This document shows, piece by piece, positions 1 to 12,205 of a DNA stretch of 64,000 nucleotides (the first letter of the stretch is position 1; each line of letters starts with the position of its first letter). The stretch is from Octopus bimaculoides (lineage: Eukaryota), in assembly GCF_001194135.2 (NCBI RefSeq), contig NC_068990.1, forward strand, positions 25,263,703-25,327,702. The letters are read 5' to 3'. Both the position numbers and the translations under genes were made by a program. The notes under the pieces were generated by a model, which ran no database searches, was not told the DNA's origin, and saw only the letters and a program-made list of their open reading frames with translations.

Positions 1-1322
1 TTGTAAAATCAGATATTTCAACTATATTCGACAAAGTCACGATTAGATACCCTTTCTGCTGTTAATCACAAAACTGCAAGGCTAAGAATAGAAGCTACCC
101 TAACTCAAGACAGAAGGCACATATTTAAGCTAAGAGATTAAAAGGAAACATTGATCTGTCTGTAATTCAAAGTTTTGGCTTACCACCAATCACTTTATTT
201 CTTTAGTTCAATCAGTAAAGAAAGAAAACAATTCTTGGAAATAAAGAATCTTAATTATTTTCACTTAATTTTACAGGAATATCCAGAATTCCCCACCCCA
301 TCTCTTTGATGATAACTCAAAGATGATACTAATTAAAATATGATATTCTGCTTCAAGAGATATTAGAATTTTTCCTTGATATTCCCAACTTTAGATGTTT
401 AATTTGAACCAATTGACCTTATCTCTACAATAGGTACCACCATCCCTTCTTATCCAGTCCTCAAGGAAAAGAAGTTGAAAGAGATGCAATGAAGTAAAGA
501 AACCATTGTGACGACTAATTTTTACCAACATAATTATTGATTTCTTTTAACAAGGCAGAAGGCCAATTTTGCTGAGAGATTTGAGTTAATTAGGCATATC
601 TTCTTCGTTGTTTCACTTCCATTTTCCCATGAGAGAATGGTGCTTTGGTTATTACAGCTGGATAACCTTGTTATTATTTTAGTCAACCATGAAGCTCAAG
701 TAGAACCTGTTTTATTCATCAAACAAATAAAACAAGAGGCATGATCATAGTTTCCCTAAGGTCACAGCACCATGGTTGTAGTACTGTAGCATAACCATGT
801 GGTGAGTAACTCGTTTACTATTTCAGTTAGTGGTACTTATTTTAGATAGTACTATATGGGTCCATTAGCAGTACTTGGTTGACATTGTGGTACTTATTTC
901 AGGTCAAGGAACATATTTTATCCCATTGGCTCAGGAACATAAAACTTTAAACAAGACCAGTGTTTTGCAAGGTGAAACCCACACACACACAATATTGTGG
1001 TGGGGGCTTGGGACTTCAGAATAGAGTATGGGATCGCTGGAGGGATGGATAGGTGTGTTTGTGTGTATCATGTGACTGACCAGGCTATCAGATGTTGTTA
1101 AACATTGCTGGTCACAATGCGCTTATGCATTGTTTTAGCCTTCAAATGACAGCACCCCGCTGGCTAGGCGTGCAGGTCAACAATCCCCACTGATCGAAGG
1201 GGGGCTGGAGCAATGTGAAATGAAGTGTTTTACTCAAGAACACAATGTGACACCCAATCAGGGAACTGAACCCACAATCTAACAATCGTGAGTGCAACAG
1301 CCCAACCACTAGGCCACATGCC

Positions 1323-1324
<2 letters not shown>

Positions 1325-1402
<78 letters not shown>
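1325..1402. repeat. (CA)n microsatellite
   Basis: Read directly. Dozens of other CA, AT, AG, TAA and GAT tracts occur, for example (AT)n 9925-9992 and (TG)n 24180-24268. Confidence 0.99.
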
Positions 1403-1405
<3 letters not shown>

Positions 1406-2728
1406 ATAATAACAGTAACTGTTTCTAGCATAGACACAAGGCCTGAAATCTAGGGGGCAAGGGAATAATTAATACCATCAGGCCCAGTACTTGACTTTAT
1501 TTTAACAACCAAGGAAGGATGAAAAGTAAAATTGACTTCAACAGGATTTAACCTCAGAAGACAAAGGGCAGTAAACCATGTAAGGCCTTTTGTTTAATAC
1601 TCAAATAATTCTGCCAATCCACTGCCCTATTATTTATAGTAATAATAACAGCAATCTTAGGTGGTAATAGTAATAATAATAATAATAGTCCTATTATATG
1701 CAAAAGGCCTAAATTTGGGGGAGAGATTAAGTTGATTACATCGACCTCAGTGCTCAACTGGTACTTATTTTATCAACCATGAAAGGATGAAAGATAAAGT
1801 TGACTTCAGCAGAATTTCAACTTGAAACATAGCAATGGATGAAAAGCCAGTAAGCAGTTTGCCACCCTAGATAATAATAACAATGATGATAACAATAATT
1901 ATGGTTTCTTGCATAGGTGCAAGAGCAGTTCTTTTTTTTACAGTAAAATGGTATAGACAAATAAAGTAGCATATTAGTGGTTCCTTATTTTAAAAGAATT
2001 AGAGGGAATGGAATAGCAAATATACCAAGATGTGAGCTCAAAATGTCGAGAAATGAGCTTAAATTAATTTGGTGAATTAACACTTCTACTAATTTGCCGA
2101 TAAGGATTTCTTTGCTAGGGGCACAAAGCCCTTTTTTTGTTCAGACAATAATCGTGCTGACTAACGGTATATAAGTGGCTATCTTTTTACAGGGGCCAAC
2201 AGTATTAAAAAGATATCAAGGTATTTAGATAGGAGTATAAAATTAAATCTCAAATATTTAGTCTGGTCTTTCTAATGCATTGATCATCACCATCTACCTG
2301 GTGTTAAATTATTCAAGACTTTGTTGAATTATTAAACAAATAACACAGGAAAGATACAAAAATCACTAACAAATGTGAAATATCCCCAGTTTTGAAAACA
2401 GGAATAACCACAAGCCAGAGACTAACAAAAACAATAATAACAAGACACATGCGTGAAAACACATGCACACAAACACATATTCAAGACAGTGGAAGCATGT
2501 GAGTTGCTGGTAGAACAAAAACCATAACAAAAAATTTAATTTAAAAACAAAAACTTTAAAAAAAAAATGCTGGACATTTTCTTAAGCAAAAGTTGAATGT
2601 CAAGAGGCAAGACAAAAGTAGAACAAAAAATAGCTTAAAATAAATGTAAAACACTATAGAACATTTTTTTTTTTAACGAACAAAATGCTGCAACGTAAAT
2701 CCTAAATTTGCAGAAATTCAAGAAAGCA

Positions 2729-2765
<37 letters not shown>

Positions 2766-2845
2766 CTTAAATCATCACAACAACAACAATAGCAACACCA
2801 ACAGCAATAGTAAAAATAAGAAACCATGCTAGCAGAATCACTAAC

Positions 2846-2863
2846 CTGAGAGAATCTCCAATG
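2846..2863 (-). CDS. shot: 18-nt in-frame microexon within CH1: HWRFSQ (plectin exon-2alpha-like)
   Basis: The minus strand reads ttacttccaataacatgcag|CAT TGG AGA TTC TCT CAG|gttagt, phase 0/0, and follows ...KHLLK in frame. Plectin 2alpha inserts HWRAE and fly Shot inserts HWKYAK at this junction (recalled). Confidence 0.82.
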
Positions 2864-4071
2864 CTGCATGTTATTGGAAGTAAGTTGAGACCACTGTTAG
2901 ATGAGATATTAAGGTTTTATCTCATTGATATATGTATAAATATCAATAACAACAATAATAGTATCAATGCCATTAACAACATCGTAAAAAAATTATTCAA
3001 TTACCTATTTTTTTTTTTTAGAAATTTACCAGAAAAGTGGCACAGAATTGGTGGGGAGGGGGAATGTAAAAGAAATCAAATTTTGGTGACAAAAAATTCT
3101 TGGCAGAAGGAAACAATTACCCCATTTCTTGCACTTTTCCTCCTCTATGAAGAGATGATAAGAGCTATTCCAAAATTCCACTGATCAGAAGTTACACCTG
3201 TTTCATAAGACAGGTGTAATAGTAAATATTTACCATAAATTGAATGCCCAGATTAATAAAATATAAAACAGATCACATCAAATCCTACAGTTTTGATACA
3301 ACTCTGTGAAGATTACTTGAAGAGTGATGTATGTGTGTAGGTATATTATGTGATTGTGTGTGTAGATGTGAATATGTTGATATGGGGATGAATATGAGCA
3401 TAGGTTAACTAAAATATATCTATATGATAACTATCATCATCGGCTTTGCATCCATTATTCCATGCTTGCATGAATTCATTGAGGTGGATTTGTTACAGCA
3501 GGATGCTCTCCCTGCTGCCAACCATCACCTGTTTCCAAGCAAGATAATGTTTCCTCATGTCTAGACGTTTTTCTCTGAAGGCTGGAAACAAATATTTGTA
3601 TGACAGTGACACTCATTTACAAACATCATGTGATATCAAAACAAGGAGACCCCCCCACACACGCACACACACACATAAGCTTCTTTTAGTTTCCATCAAA
3701 TAAATCCATTTACAAGGCTCTGATCATTCCAAAGGTAAAATCAAAGACACTTCTGTATCTACTGAGTATCTTTACTTTCACCTGTACATCCAAATAAACA
3801 TACATGTATGCATGAAAATGAGTAAATATATAAATATGATTCGTGTTGTTTTTTTACATCTATTTTTCCACAGTAGCAGGAGTTGGACGAACACAAAAAA
3901 AATAATAGAAAATCATCTGTATTTGTATATCTCATTATCAATATTCTATATAAATATTTGTCTATTGAAATAAGTTATAGGCAATCATTTTAAATTGAAA
4001 ACGCATTAACTGAACAATTAATGTAGGCTTCAGGTTCTGCTCTTGGAACTTTTTTTTTTTTTTTTTTTTTT

Positions 4072-4699
4072 NNNNNNNNNNNNNNNNNNNNNNNNNNNNN
4101 NNNNNNNNNNNNNNNNNNNNNNNNNNNNNNNNNNNNNNNNNNNNNNNNNNNNNNNNNNNNNNNNNNNNNNNNNNNNNNNNNNNNNNNNNNNNNNNNNNNN
4201 NNNNNNNNNNNNNNNNNNNNNNNNNNNNNNNNNNNNNNNNNNNNNNNNNNNNNNNNNNNNNNNNNNNNNNNNNNNNNNNNNNNNNNNNNNNNNNNNNNNN
4301 NNNNNNNNNNNNNNNNNNNNNNNNNNNNNNNNNNNNNNNNNNNNNNNNNNNNNNNNNNNNNNNNNNNNNNNNNNNNNNNNNNNNNNNNNNNNNNNNNNNN
4401 NNNNNNNNNNNNNNNNNNNNNNNNNNNNNNNNNNNNNNNNNNNNNNNNNNNNNNNNNNNNNNNNNNNNNNNNNNNNNNNNNNNNNNNNNNNNNNNNNNNN
4501 NNNNNNNNNNNNNNNNNNNNNNNNNNNNNNNNNNNNNNNNNNNNNNNNNNNNNNNNNNNNNNNNNNNNNNNNNNNNNNNNNNNNNNNNNNNNNNNNNNNN
4601 NNNNNNNNNNNNNNNNNNNNNNNNNNNNNNNNNNNNNNNNNNNNNNNNNNNNNNNNNNNNNNNNNNNNNNNNNNNNNNNNNNNNNNNNNNNNNNNNNNN
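4072..4699. other. Assembly gap (N run) next to poly-T; smaller gaps at 37417-37431 and 40110-40119
   Basis: N characters. Confidence 0.99.
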
Positions 4700-5489
4700 A
4701 TGTTGTTGTACTTGGGGATGGTCATATTGCCAGTTTAGCCAATAATGTATGAATATGCCAGGGAAAAGATGAGAGGGAAAAGACCAGCCCCACAAATAAT
4801 TCAAAGGTTCAGGTATGGCAACATTTAACTTCACACTAAACATACCTGGACGAAGAGGGGGGAGAGATAAGGAGGAGAAAGTTATGAGAAGGGGAGAGGG
4901 AAGAGTGTGAGGTGTATGTAAGCCTGCATGTGTTTGTTTTACAAAGTGCAATCACAAGCTATAAGGTCGACAAACTGGTAAAGTTAGCTAGAAACTAGTT
5001 GAGGAGTTGATGAAGGGTCCAGATAAGATACCTTAGGAATGTTGTACAGGCAGCAGTAGAAGAGAGGATGGTAGTGGTGGTGATGCTATGTAAACATAAA
5101 GAGGTGAACCAGAAAGGATAGACTGTAGTCATTAATTAACTTCTATACAGATCTCGGTTAAATGTCAATGTATTTCAAAACAAATCCTGGTCAACCGCCC
5201 CCCACCACCACAGACTGTACAACTGTTGTAAGGTGATGTTAATGCAGTTTGGTGATTAGCTGCACCACCATAATTAACACTACCACCACCATCACAAACA
5301 CTACTGCCACTATCACCCCCACACCGATCACCAAAACTACCACATTCACTTCTACACAACTGACATGACTACTATTACTGCCACCACCACCACCAAGTAA
5401 CACTGCTGTCACCACATTCAATACTATGACAGGTACTCCCATTGCCATCCTTCTGCCACCACCCCACCACTATTATCAGTATGTATGTA

Positions 5490-5546
<57 letters not shown>

Positions 5547-6824
5547 ATTATCATTATTATCATCATCATCATCATTTAACATCCATTGTCCATGCTAGCA
5601 TGGGTTGGACGGTTTGAACAGGACTGGTTAGCTGAAGGCTGCACTAGACTCAAGTCTAATTTGGCATGGCTTTTACAGCTGGATGTCCTTCCTAACATCA
5701 ACCACTGTGAGTGTCATGGGTGCTTTTACGTGCAACCAACACAGGTGCCAGTTACGTGACTGAGTCCATTTGGCATTATACCATGCTTGAGAAGAAGACC
5801 CATCAAGCCAAGTAAAACCGCAGTCGTAGCAGATACCAGTGTCACGCAAATAGCATCCGTGCCAGTAACATGTAAAAGCACTTTTTACGCTCTCAGAATG
5901 GTTGGTGTTAGGAAGAAACCGTAGGAACCGTGCCAAATCAGACTGAAGCCTGATGCAGCCTTCCAGCTTACCAGCCCCAGTCAAACCGTCCAACCCATGC
6001 CAGCATGGACAACAGACATTGAAGAATGATGATGATGATGTGACTAGGCTATATCCTACTCTACCAGATATTTTAAGCACACTCACACACGCACATATAT
6101 ATACACACACACACACACACAAGAGGGGGGTGCATACACACACTGATTCACCAGCATGGTAGATTTTCCCAAAATTGGCCTCAGCAAGATTTGATCTCAA
6201 AATCTAAAGCAGTAGAACAAATACTGCAGAGTATTTTTGACACATCAATGATTCAGCAATTCACCATACACATAATGAAAAGATCTGTATATTTACTAAT
6301 ACACTATTGTAGTAGATTTTTCTGAAATCTCATTCATCAGTGACACTGTGCAGGAGATTAGAAACTTAAAAACATTTTTCAACAATAATTTCTATAAATC
6401 TAAAGAAACAACAGAATCATTCAAATAAATTTAATTAGGAATAATTAGATCATGAAATGTACAAAGAAATAAAAAGTCAATGGCACAATATCGTTATAGA
6501 ATCATATATTCAAATGACCTCTTTCATCTTAAATTAAATAAAGTAAAAATACAATTGGAAGTCTATAAACAAAGTAATATTGCCATAGCAACAACAATGT
6601 CAGTTCCAATAAATTCAAGAGTATTATGTGAATTTTTATGCATGTGAAAAGTATAAATAATACACACACACACACACACAGGTGCAGGCTGTGTCTTCTG
6701 CTCTAGCCCTGGGTTGACCACAGCCCTGTGGATGGATTTGGTGGTTGGAAACTGAATGTAGTGTATTATGTGTGTGTGTGTGTAGGAATTAGTTCTTGAA
6801 GCACATAAATGCTATAAATATTCT

Positions 6825-7038
6825 TTTCTTTTCTACTCTAGGCACAAGGCCTGAAGTTTTTGGGGAGGGGGCCAGTCGATAAGATCAACCCCAGTACATA
6901 ACTGGTACCTAATTTATCAATCCTGAAAGGATGAAAGCAAAGTTGACCTTAGCGGAATTTGAACAGAGAACACAAAGACATGAAATACCGCCAAGCATTT
7001 TTCCCAGCGTGCCAACATTTCTGCCAGCTCGCCACCTT
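6825..7038 (-). mobile_element. tRNA-derived SINE family C
   Basis: The minus strand reads aaggtggcgagctggcagaa...gttcaaattccgc...gactttgctttcatcc...gtaccagtt...ggg. Many further copies occur, for example 37075-37315 (+) and 62270-62870 (-). Confidence 0.85.
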
Positions 7039-8634
7039 ATAAATGCTATAAATATTAACATGTAAATGTTGGGTTGAAAAACCCCTATAGATAGAAAAGT
7101 CAAAGGCTGCCTCTGGACTTGAACCTACATCTCCAGTAGACTTTATAGATATTCTACCATTGTATTAAAGCAATCCTTTAAATTTCTCTCTACATTTTAG
7201 AAACTTTATTCTTACCAGCAAGAATTCTATGTTGTTGATGTCAAACATTTATGTGTTTTGAGAACATATTCCAAAAAATTATTATTTCACGTTCTCTTGA
7301 AAGTTTATAAAATCTTTAAGGCATCATCACACACAGACACACACACACACACATTAGTCATTGAAGGAGGGGGAGTGTCCATCACCTTTGCGTTAATCTT
7401 TGACTGGTGAGATTAATGAAAGCTGATGCTGTCAGTACTACACATCATCAGATCAGTCTTGAAGACAGAATGTGTTCCTGACCCAAGCAGATTCTTCAAT
7501 ACTTGGAACATCAATGTAGTTTATATTCACCTAAAACATTAAAGTTGGGAAGGAAATTCCAGAGGAAGGAAGGATTGGATGAAGTTTTGATAGCATTGAG
7601 ACACAGCAAGGGAGAGGATGACAGAGAATCAGAGAGGTGGATGTTCTGAGTGAACTGGTATGGCTGGCAAAAGTGTATGAAAGTAACTCTTTTAAAAGGG
7701 GACGAATAGTAGTAGTGGTGGTAGTGGTGGTACTGCAGATGGTGGCAGCAGGAGCTTTCTTTTGAATTTGGAACGGAATGGTCTTGTGAGTAGCATCAGC
7801 AGCATCAGTAGTATCTTCCTAAATGTGTGTGGGGGGGGAGGGTAGTAGTGCATTGTGGGTCTTACTTGAGTGAACAAGAATAACCGTGGGTGAGGAAAGA
7901 GGAATACAGCACAAGGGCTTGCAACAGAATGAACTCTGCTATTGACACCCAAGAACTAAATGGTTGTAGTGATGATGGTGGTAGTGATGTTAACTGGGTC
8001 AGAATGTTAGGCATTTACAAACACACTACTCCCACCACACACACACACACACAAATGTATATACATGCATGCACACACTTTCACAGTGATAATATTTATT
8101 TTGATCTGTTCAAGTCATGGGACACATCTGTTTAATGAGATGAATCAATGCTAATAAGACACAGCAGTCATTTCATAGTCATTATTACTATTATTATTAT
8201 TATTATCACCATCAAAACATGGCCTTATTTATGATACACGGTATTCATCGTTAGGTTTTTATGACATGCACAATTCATGATCAAATAAACCAAATAATTG
8301 CCAACTGTTTACAAAAAGACAATCCCACTCACACATGTTGCATGATATGCACACACACACACACACACACACACACAGCATGATATGTGCAACACAAAAC
8401 ATACATTATACACAAACACATAATCATTATTTTAACATCTACTTTTTCTATGCTTGCATGGGTCAGACAGAATTCTTAGAGGCAGATTTTTTCTATAGCC
8501 ACAAAGCCTTTGTCATCAACCTTCCAAGCAAATTAATAATTCCCTATAATTGAACCTGTTTCCATTGAATGCTAAAGAGTTGAGGTATACACGAGTATAT
8601 CACACATGCCATATATATATTCATAAGTCCAGAC

Positions 8635-8874
8635 CAGTGGTTCTCAAACAGGGTCCACATGGCGCCTGGAGAGGCGGGGGGGGGGGTTATATAAGATTTT
8701 GTTGTTAAAATTTATGTGCAATTGCTTATACTTCTGCAATACACAAAATATTAAAATCTTTTTTTATACAATTCCTAATAACATTTAATTAGAAAAATAC
8801 AATACGATGTTATGGCTATGGAGTAAAATAGGAATCAAAGGAATCCATGGGCAAAAGATGGTTGAGAAACACTG
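8635..8874. mobile_element. hAT (Charlie-like) MITE
   Basis: TIRs cagtggttctcaaac and ggttgagaaacactg. Relatives lie at about 24760-24930 and 26890-26960. Confidence 0.75.
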
Positions 8875-9918
8875 GTCTAAGACTTACAGAGATAATGTTG
8901 GGCTTGATCAGTTTTTGAGGAGTTGGAACATCTTTCATAAAGCTGGTCTTCATGCAAGACCTAGAGAAATATCAGCCTGGCAGAGTAATACCTCTTTCGT
9001 TGCTTGACTTAAAACACTGAGAAAATGAATCAAGTAAAAGCTGCACCTGCCCAAGAAGGATATTTTACAGCTCAGCAGACTGAGTAATTGATAGTTGTCA
9101 AATTATTTTTTTTAGCTGTGAGGTTAAGAAGTTTGCTTCCTACCCATGTGGTTTCAGGTTCAGTCCCATTGCATGACACCTTGCATAAATATCCTGTACT
9201 ATAGCTACAGGGCTGACCAAAGCCTTGTGGGTAGATTTGGTAGAGGGAAACTTTAAAAAAAAAACCCGTTTGTGTGTGTGTATAAATAAATGCATGTATG
9301 TGTCTGACTTGACATCATACAAAAGTTTCCAATGAACCTCACTGTTACACAAGCCCTGTTCATGGTTTCCAATCTTCAACAAAAATGAGTCAACCTGCGA
9401 AATTTTACCTTGCTTAGAAACAGGTGAGGGTTGGCCACAAAAAGGACTGCAAATGATACAAAAAAAAATCAGTCTCTCTAACGAATTTTAACTGACCCAT
9501 GCAAGCTTGAAAAAGTGGACATTAAAATGACAACAATGAAGGCCATAATGAAAATGATGAGACGAATAACATTTCAGTTTGAACCATCCATCGGAGACAA
9601 ATGTACTAAGTATTAACAATGTTAGCTATCACTATTCTCTCTGGGTTTTACTGTTTCCCAATGAGAATTAAGTGCATCTACATTAATACAAGGCAGAACT
9701 TCCAGTTGATGCGAACCAGTAATCATCTGATTCTTTAGACTGATAACTCAACATTACATACACTCAATCAGCTTGAAAATAATCTTATCTCATTATAAAT
9801 ATGACTGAAAAAATGAAAGGTCATTAGCATCGTGGTAAAATACTTATTTGGTGTCTAAATCAAGCATGGCAGTTGAGTTTCCACCTCTCTTTACTATTTT
9901 CTTTTTACTTTTATACAT

Positions 9919-9995
<77 letters not shown>

Positions 9996-11549
9996 CACAC
10001 ACACACACAGACATATGTTCTATATTGGATCAGTTTAAAATTATTTTCCTTCACAGCTATGGAAAACATATGCTAAACCTGGTAAAAGATTGGTTCAATC
10101 TGGCAATAAAAACCCAGTAAACTACAAATACAGGAAGATCATCCATGAATTATCTAAACACTGCTACCATCTTGTAAACAAAGAAAACTGGTTCCTTCCC
10201 ATCATAATTACAAAATATATATAAAAGCAATAAAACAGTGTGAAGATATGTATATGTATGTATGTAAATTTATACACACACACACATAAATATTGCATAT
10301 TATATGCCTACACACACACAGACATATACACAAATATATACATTTATATTATAAGCTTACACACATATATACAATGTGTGTGTATTACACACACGTACAT
10401 ATATATGTATTTTACACTTACACAAACATATGCATCTATAATGTTCGTGGTGGGGGTGAGTGTAGTCAAAATATATTTCCAGTGTAATGAAAGTAGAAAA
10501 AACATTACTTTGATGGTTTTGCTGTTGTAAAGTCCGCGCTTCCTGTAATTGGTCTCTTACAGAGATGCCACTGAGAACATGTTAGAAAGAAATCAGGCGC
10601 CACTTTACCATGGATTCCAAACAGGATATATAGAAGATGATCAAGTAACAAATTATTTTTTATTTAAAAAAAAAAACAAAAAAAACACTAAACAAAGCTG
10701 GTTCTTTTAATTTCAAAGATGACAACAGGCTGCCAATTAGATGCTGCATTATTACTGCTGATGTAGTCTAAACCATGGGCCCAGGGATGATCTAACAAAC
10801 CTATGATCAAAGATGTACCAGATAAGAGCAATCGTCTTGTTTTATGTTGGACTAAGGGCCAGGTTAAGACCCATAGAGGCCCTAAATACTTATAAGATTT
10901 TGCTGCCCCCATAAATGTCTAATTCAAAATATAAACAATAATAAACCATAAAATACATTTTTATTTTTCAAAATGAAACAAAACTAGCATTATGATGGAA
11001 AATAATGTTTATTTTTGTACACTTTCACTTTATTTATATTTGAAAGGTTTTCTACTTTCTTGAATTGCAAAGCCTTTGATTAGATCCTTGCTATGATGAT
11101 GCCATGAACATTTTGAAATTATATTTTCGATCATATAAACTACTTCCAATATTTTCTTAGCAAGGTTAAAGTGATTTCTTTTGTGCCATAAACCATTTAC
11201 CATTTCTGGAGTGCCCCCTTTCCCTTGATGCCCTAAGCATATACTTGTTTTGCTTAATGGTTAATCCAAGGCTACTTCTTGACTTCAATGAAATATTTTA
11301 AACCCTTTTGTTAGCATACTTTTGTTAAAATACATTGCCTTTGTTTCAATTAATTTTGAAAAAAAAAAAACATCAAGAATTTAGTAAAATAACTGTCCTT
11401 ATTAACCTTTTTATAGCCATATTTCTGAGGATATACACTGCCTTTTTTTTTTCAATAATGAAGAATTTAAACAAATAACTTGTTATTAAAGCTTGTGCTT
11501 GAAACGAATTTTAACAAAATTTAATGAAATATTTTAATTTGAATAAAAG

Positions 11550-12205
11550 TGTAAGCACCCTAAGAGAAAAGTTGGACATAAGAAGCATCAGATGTGGTGT
11601 GCAAGAGAGACGAGTGCATTGGTATGCTCATGTGTTGCATATGGATGAGGACAGCTGTGTGAAAAAGTGTCACACCCTAGCAGTAGAGGGAACCTGTGGA
11701 AGAGGTAGACCCATGAAGACCTGGGATGAGGTGTTGAAGCACAGCCTTCGAACGTTGGGCCTCACCGAGGTGATGACAAGTGATTGAGACCTTTGGAGAT
11801 ATGCTGTGCTTAAGACCTGGCAAGCCAAGTGAGACCATAACCATGGCCTATGCCAGCGCAGCATAACTGGCCCATTTAAGAGCACCCTTCAATCATTGGA
11901 CAATAATCTGTGCTTGCGAAGACCTGTTGAGTCAAGTGAAGTCATTGTTGTGGCTAATGACAGTACCGCCTGATTGGCACCTGTGCCGGTGGTACGTAAA
12001 AAGCACCATTCGAGCGTGGTCGATGCCAGTGCCGCCCGACTGGCTCCCGTGCCAGTGGCACGTAAAAAGCACCCACAATATTCTTTCGGAGTGGCTGGCA
12101 TTAGGAAAGGCATCCAACTGTAGAAACATTGCCAGATCGGATTGGAGCCTGATGCAGCCTCCTGGCTCACCAGCCTTCAGTCAAACCGTCCAACCTATGC
12201 CAGGT
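11550..12205 (+). mobile_element. RTE LINE 3' end plus 3' UTR
   Basis: LREKLDIRSIRCGVQERRVHWYAHVLHMDEDSCVKKC...GRGRPMKTW, followed by the abundant 3' UTR ending ccgtccaacctatgccag. Confidence 0.9.

Noticed and set aside
765-806. Short imperfect hairpin (catggtt...aaccatg), possible miRNA
   Set aside because: The stem is too short and bulged, and there is no similarity to a miRNA I recognise.
2861-3184. 107-aa plus-strand ORF next to the microexon
   Set aside because: It is low-complexity (poly-N, poly-F), antisense to the real gene, and has no recognisable domain.
3962-4951. Longest ORFs in the track (231-329 aa)
   Set aside because: They are artefacts of translating through the N gap.
10467-10484. 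Minus-strand CAC TGG AAA TAT ATT TTG = HWKYIL, resembling the fly Shot microexon HWKYAK
   Set aside because: There is no AG before it and no GT after it. It is most likely chance, though a dead duplicate microexon cannot be excluded.
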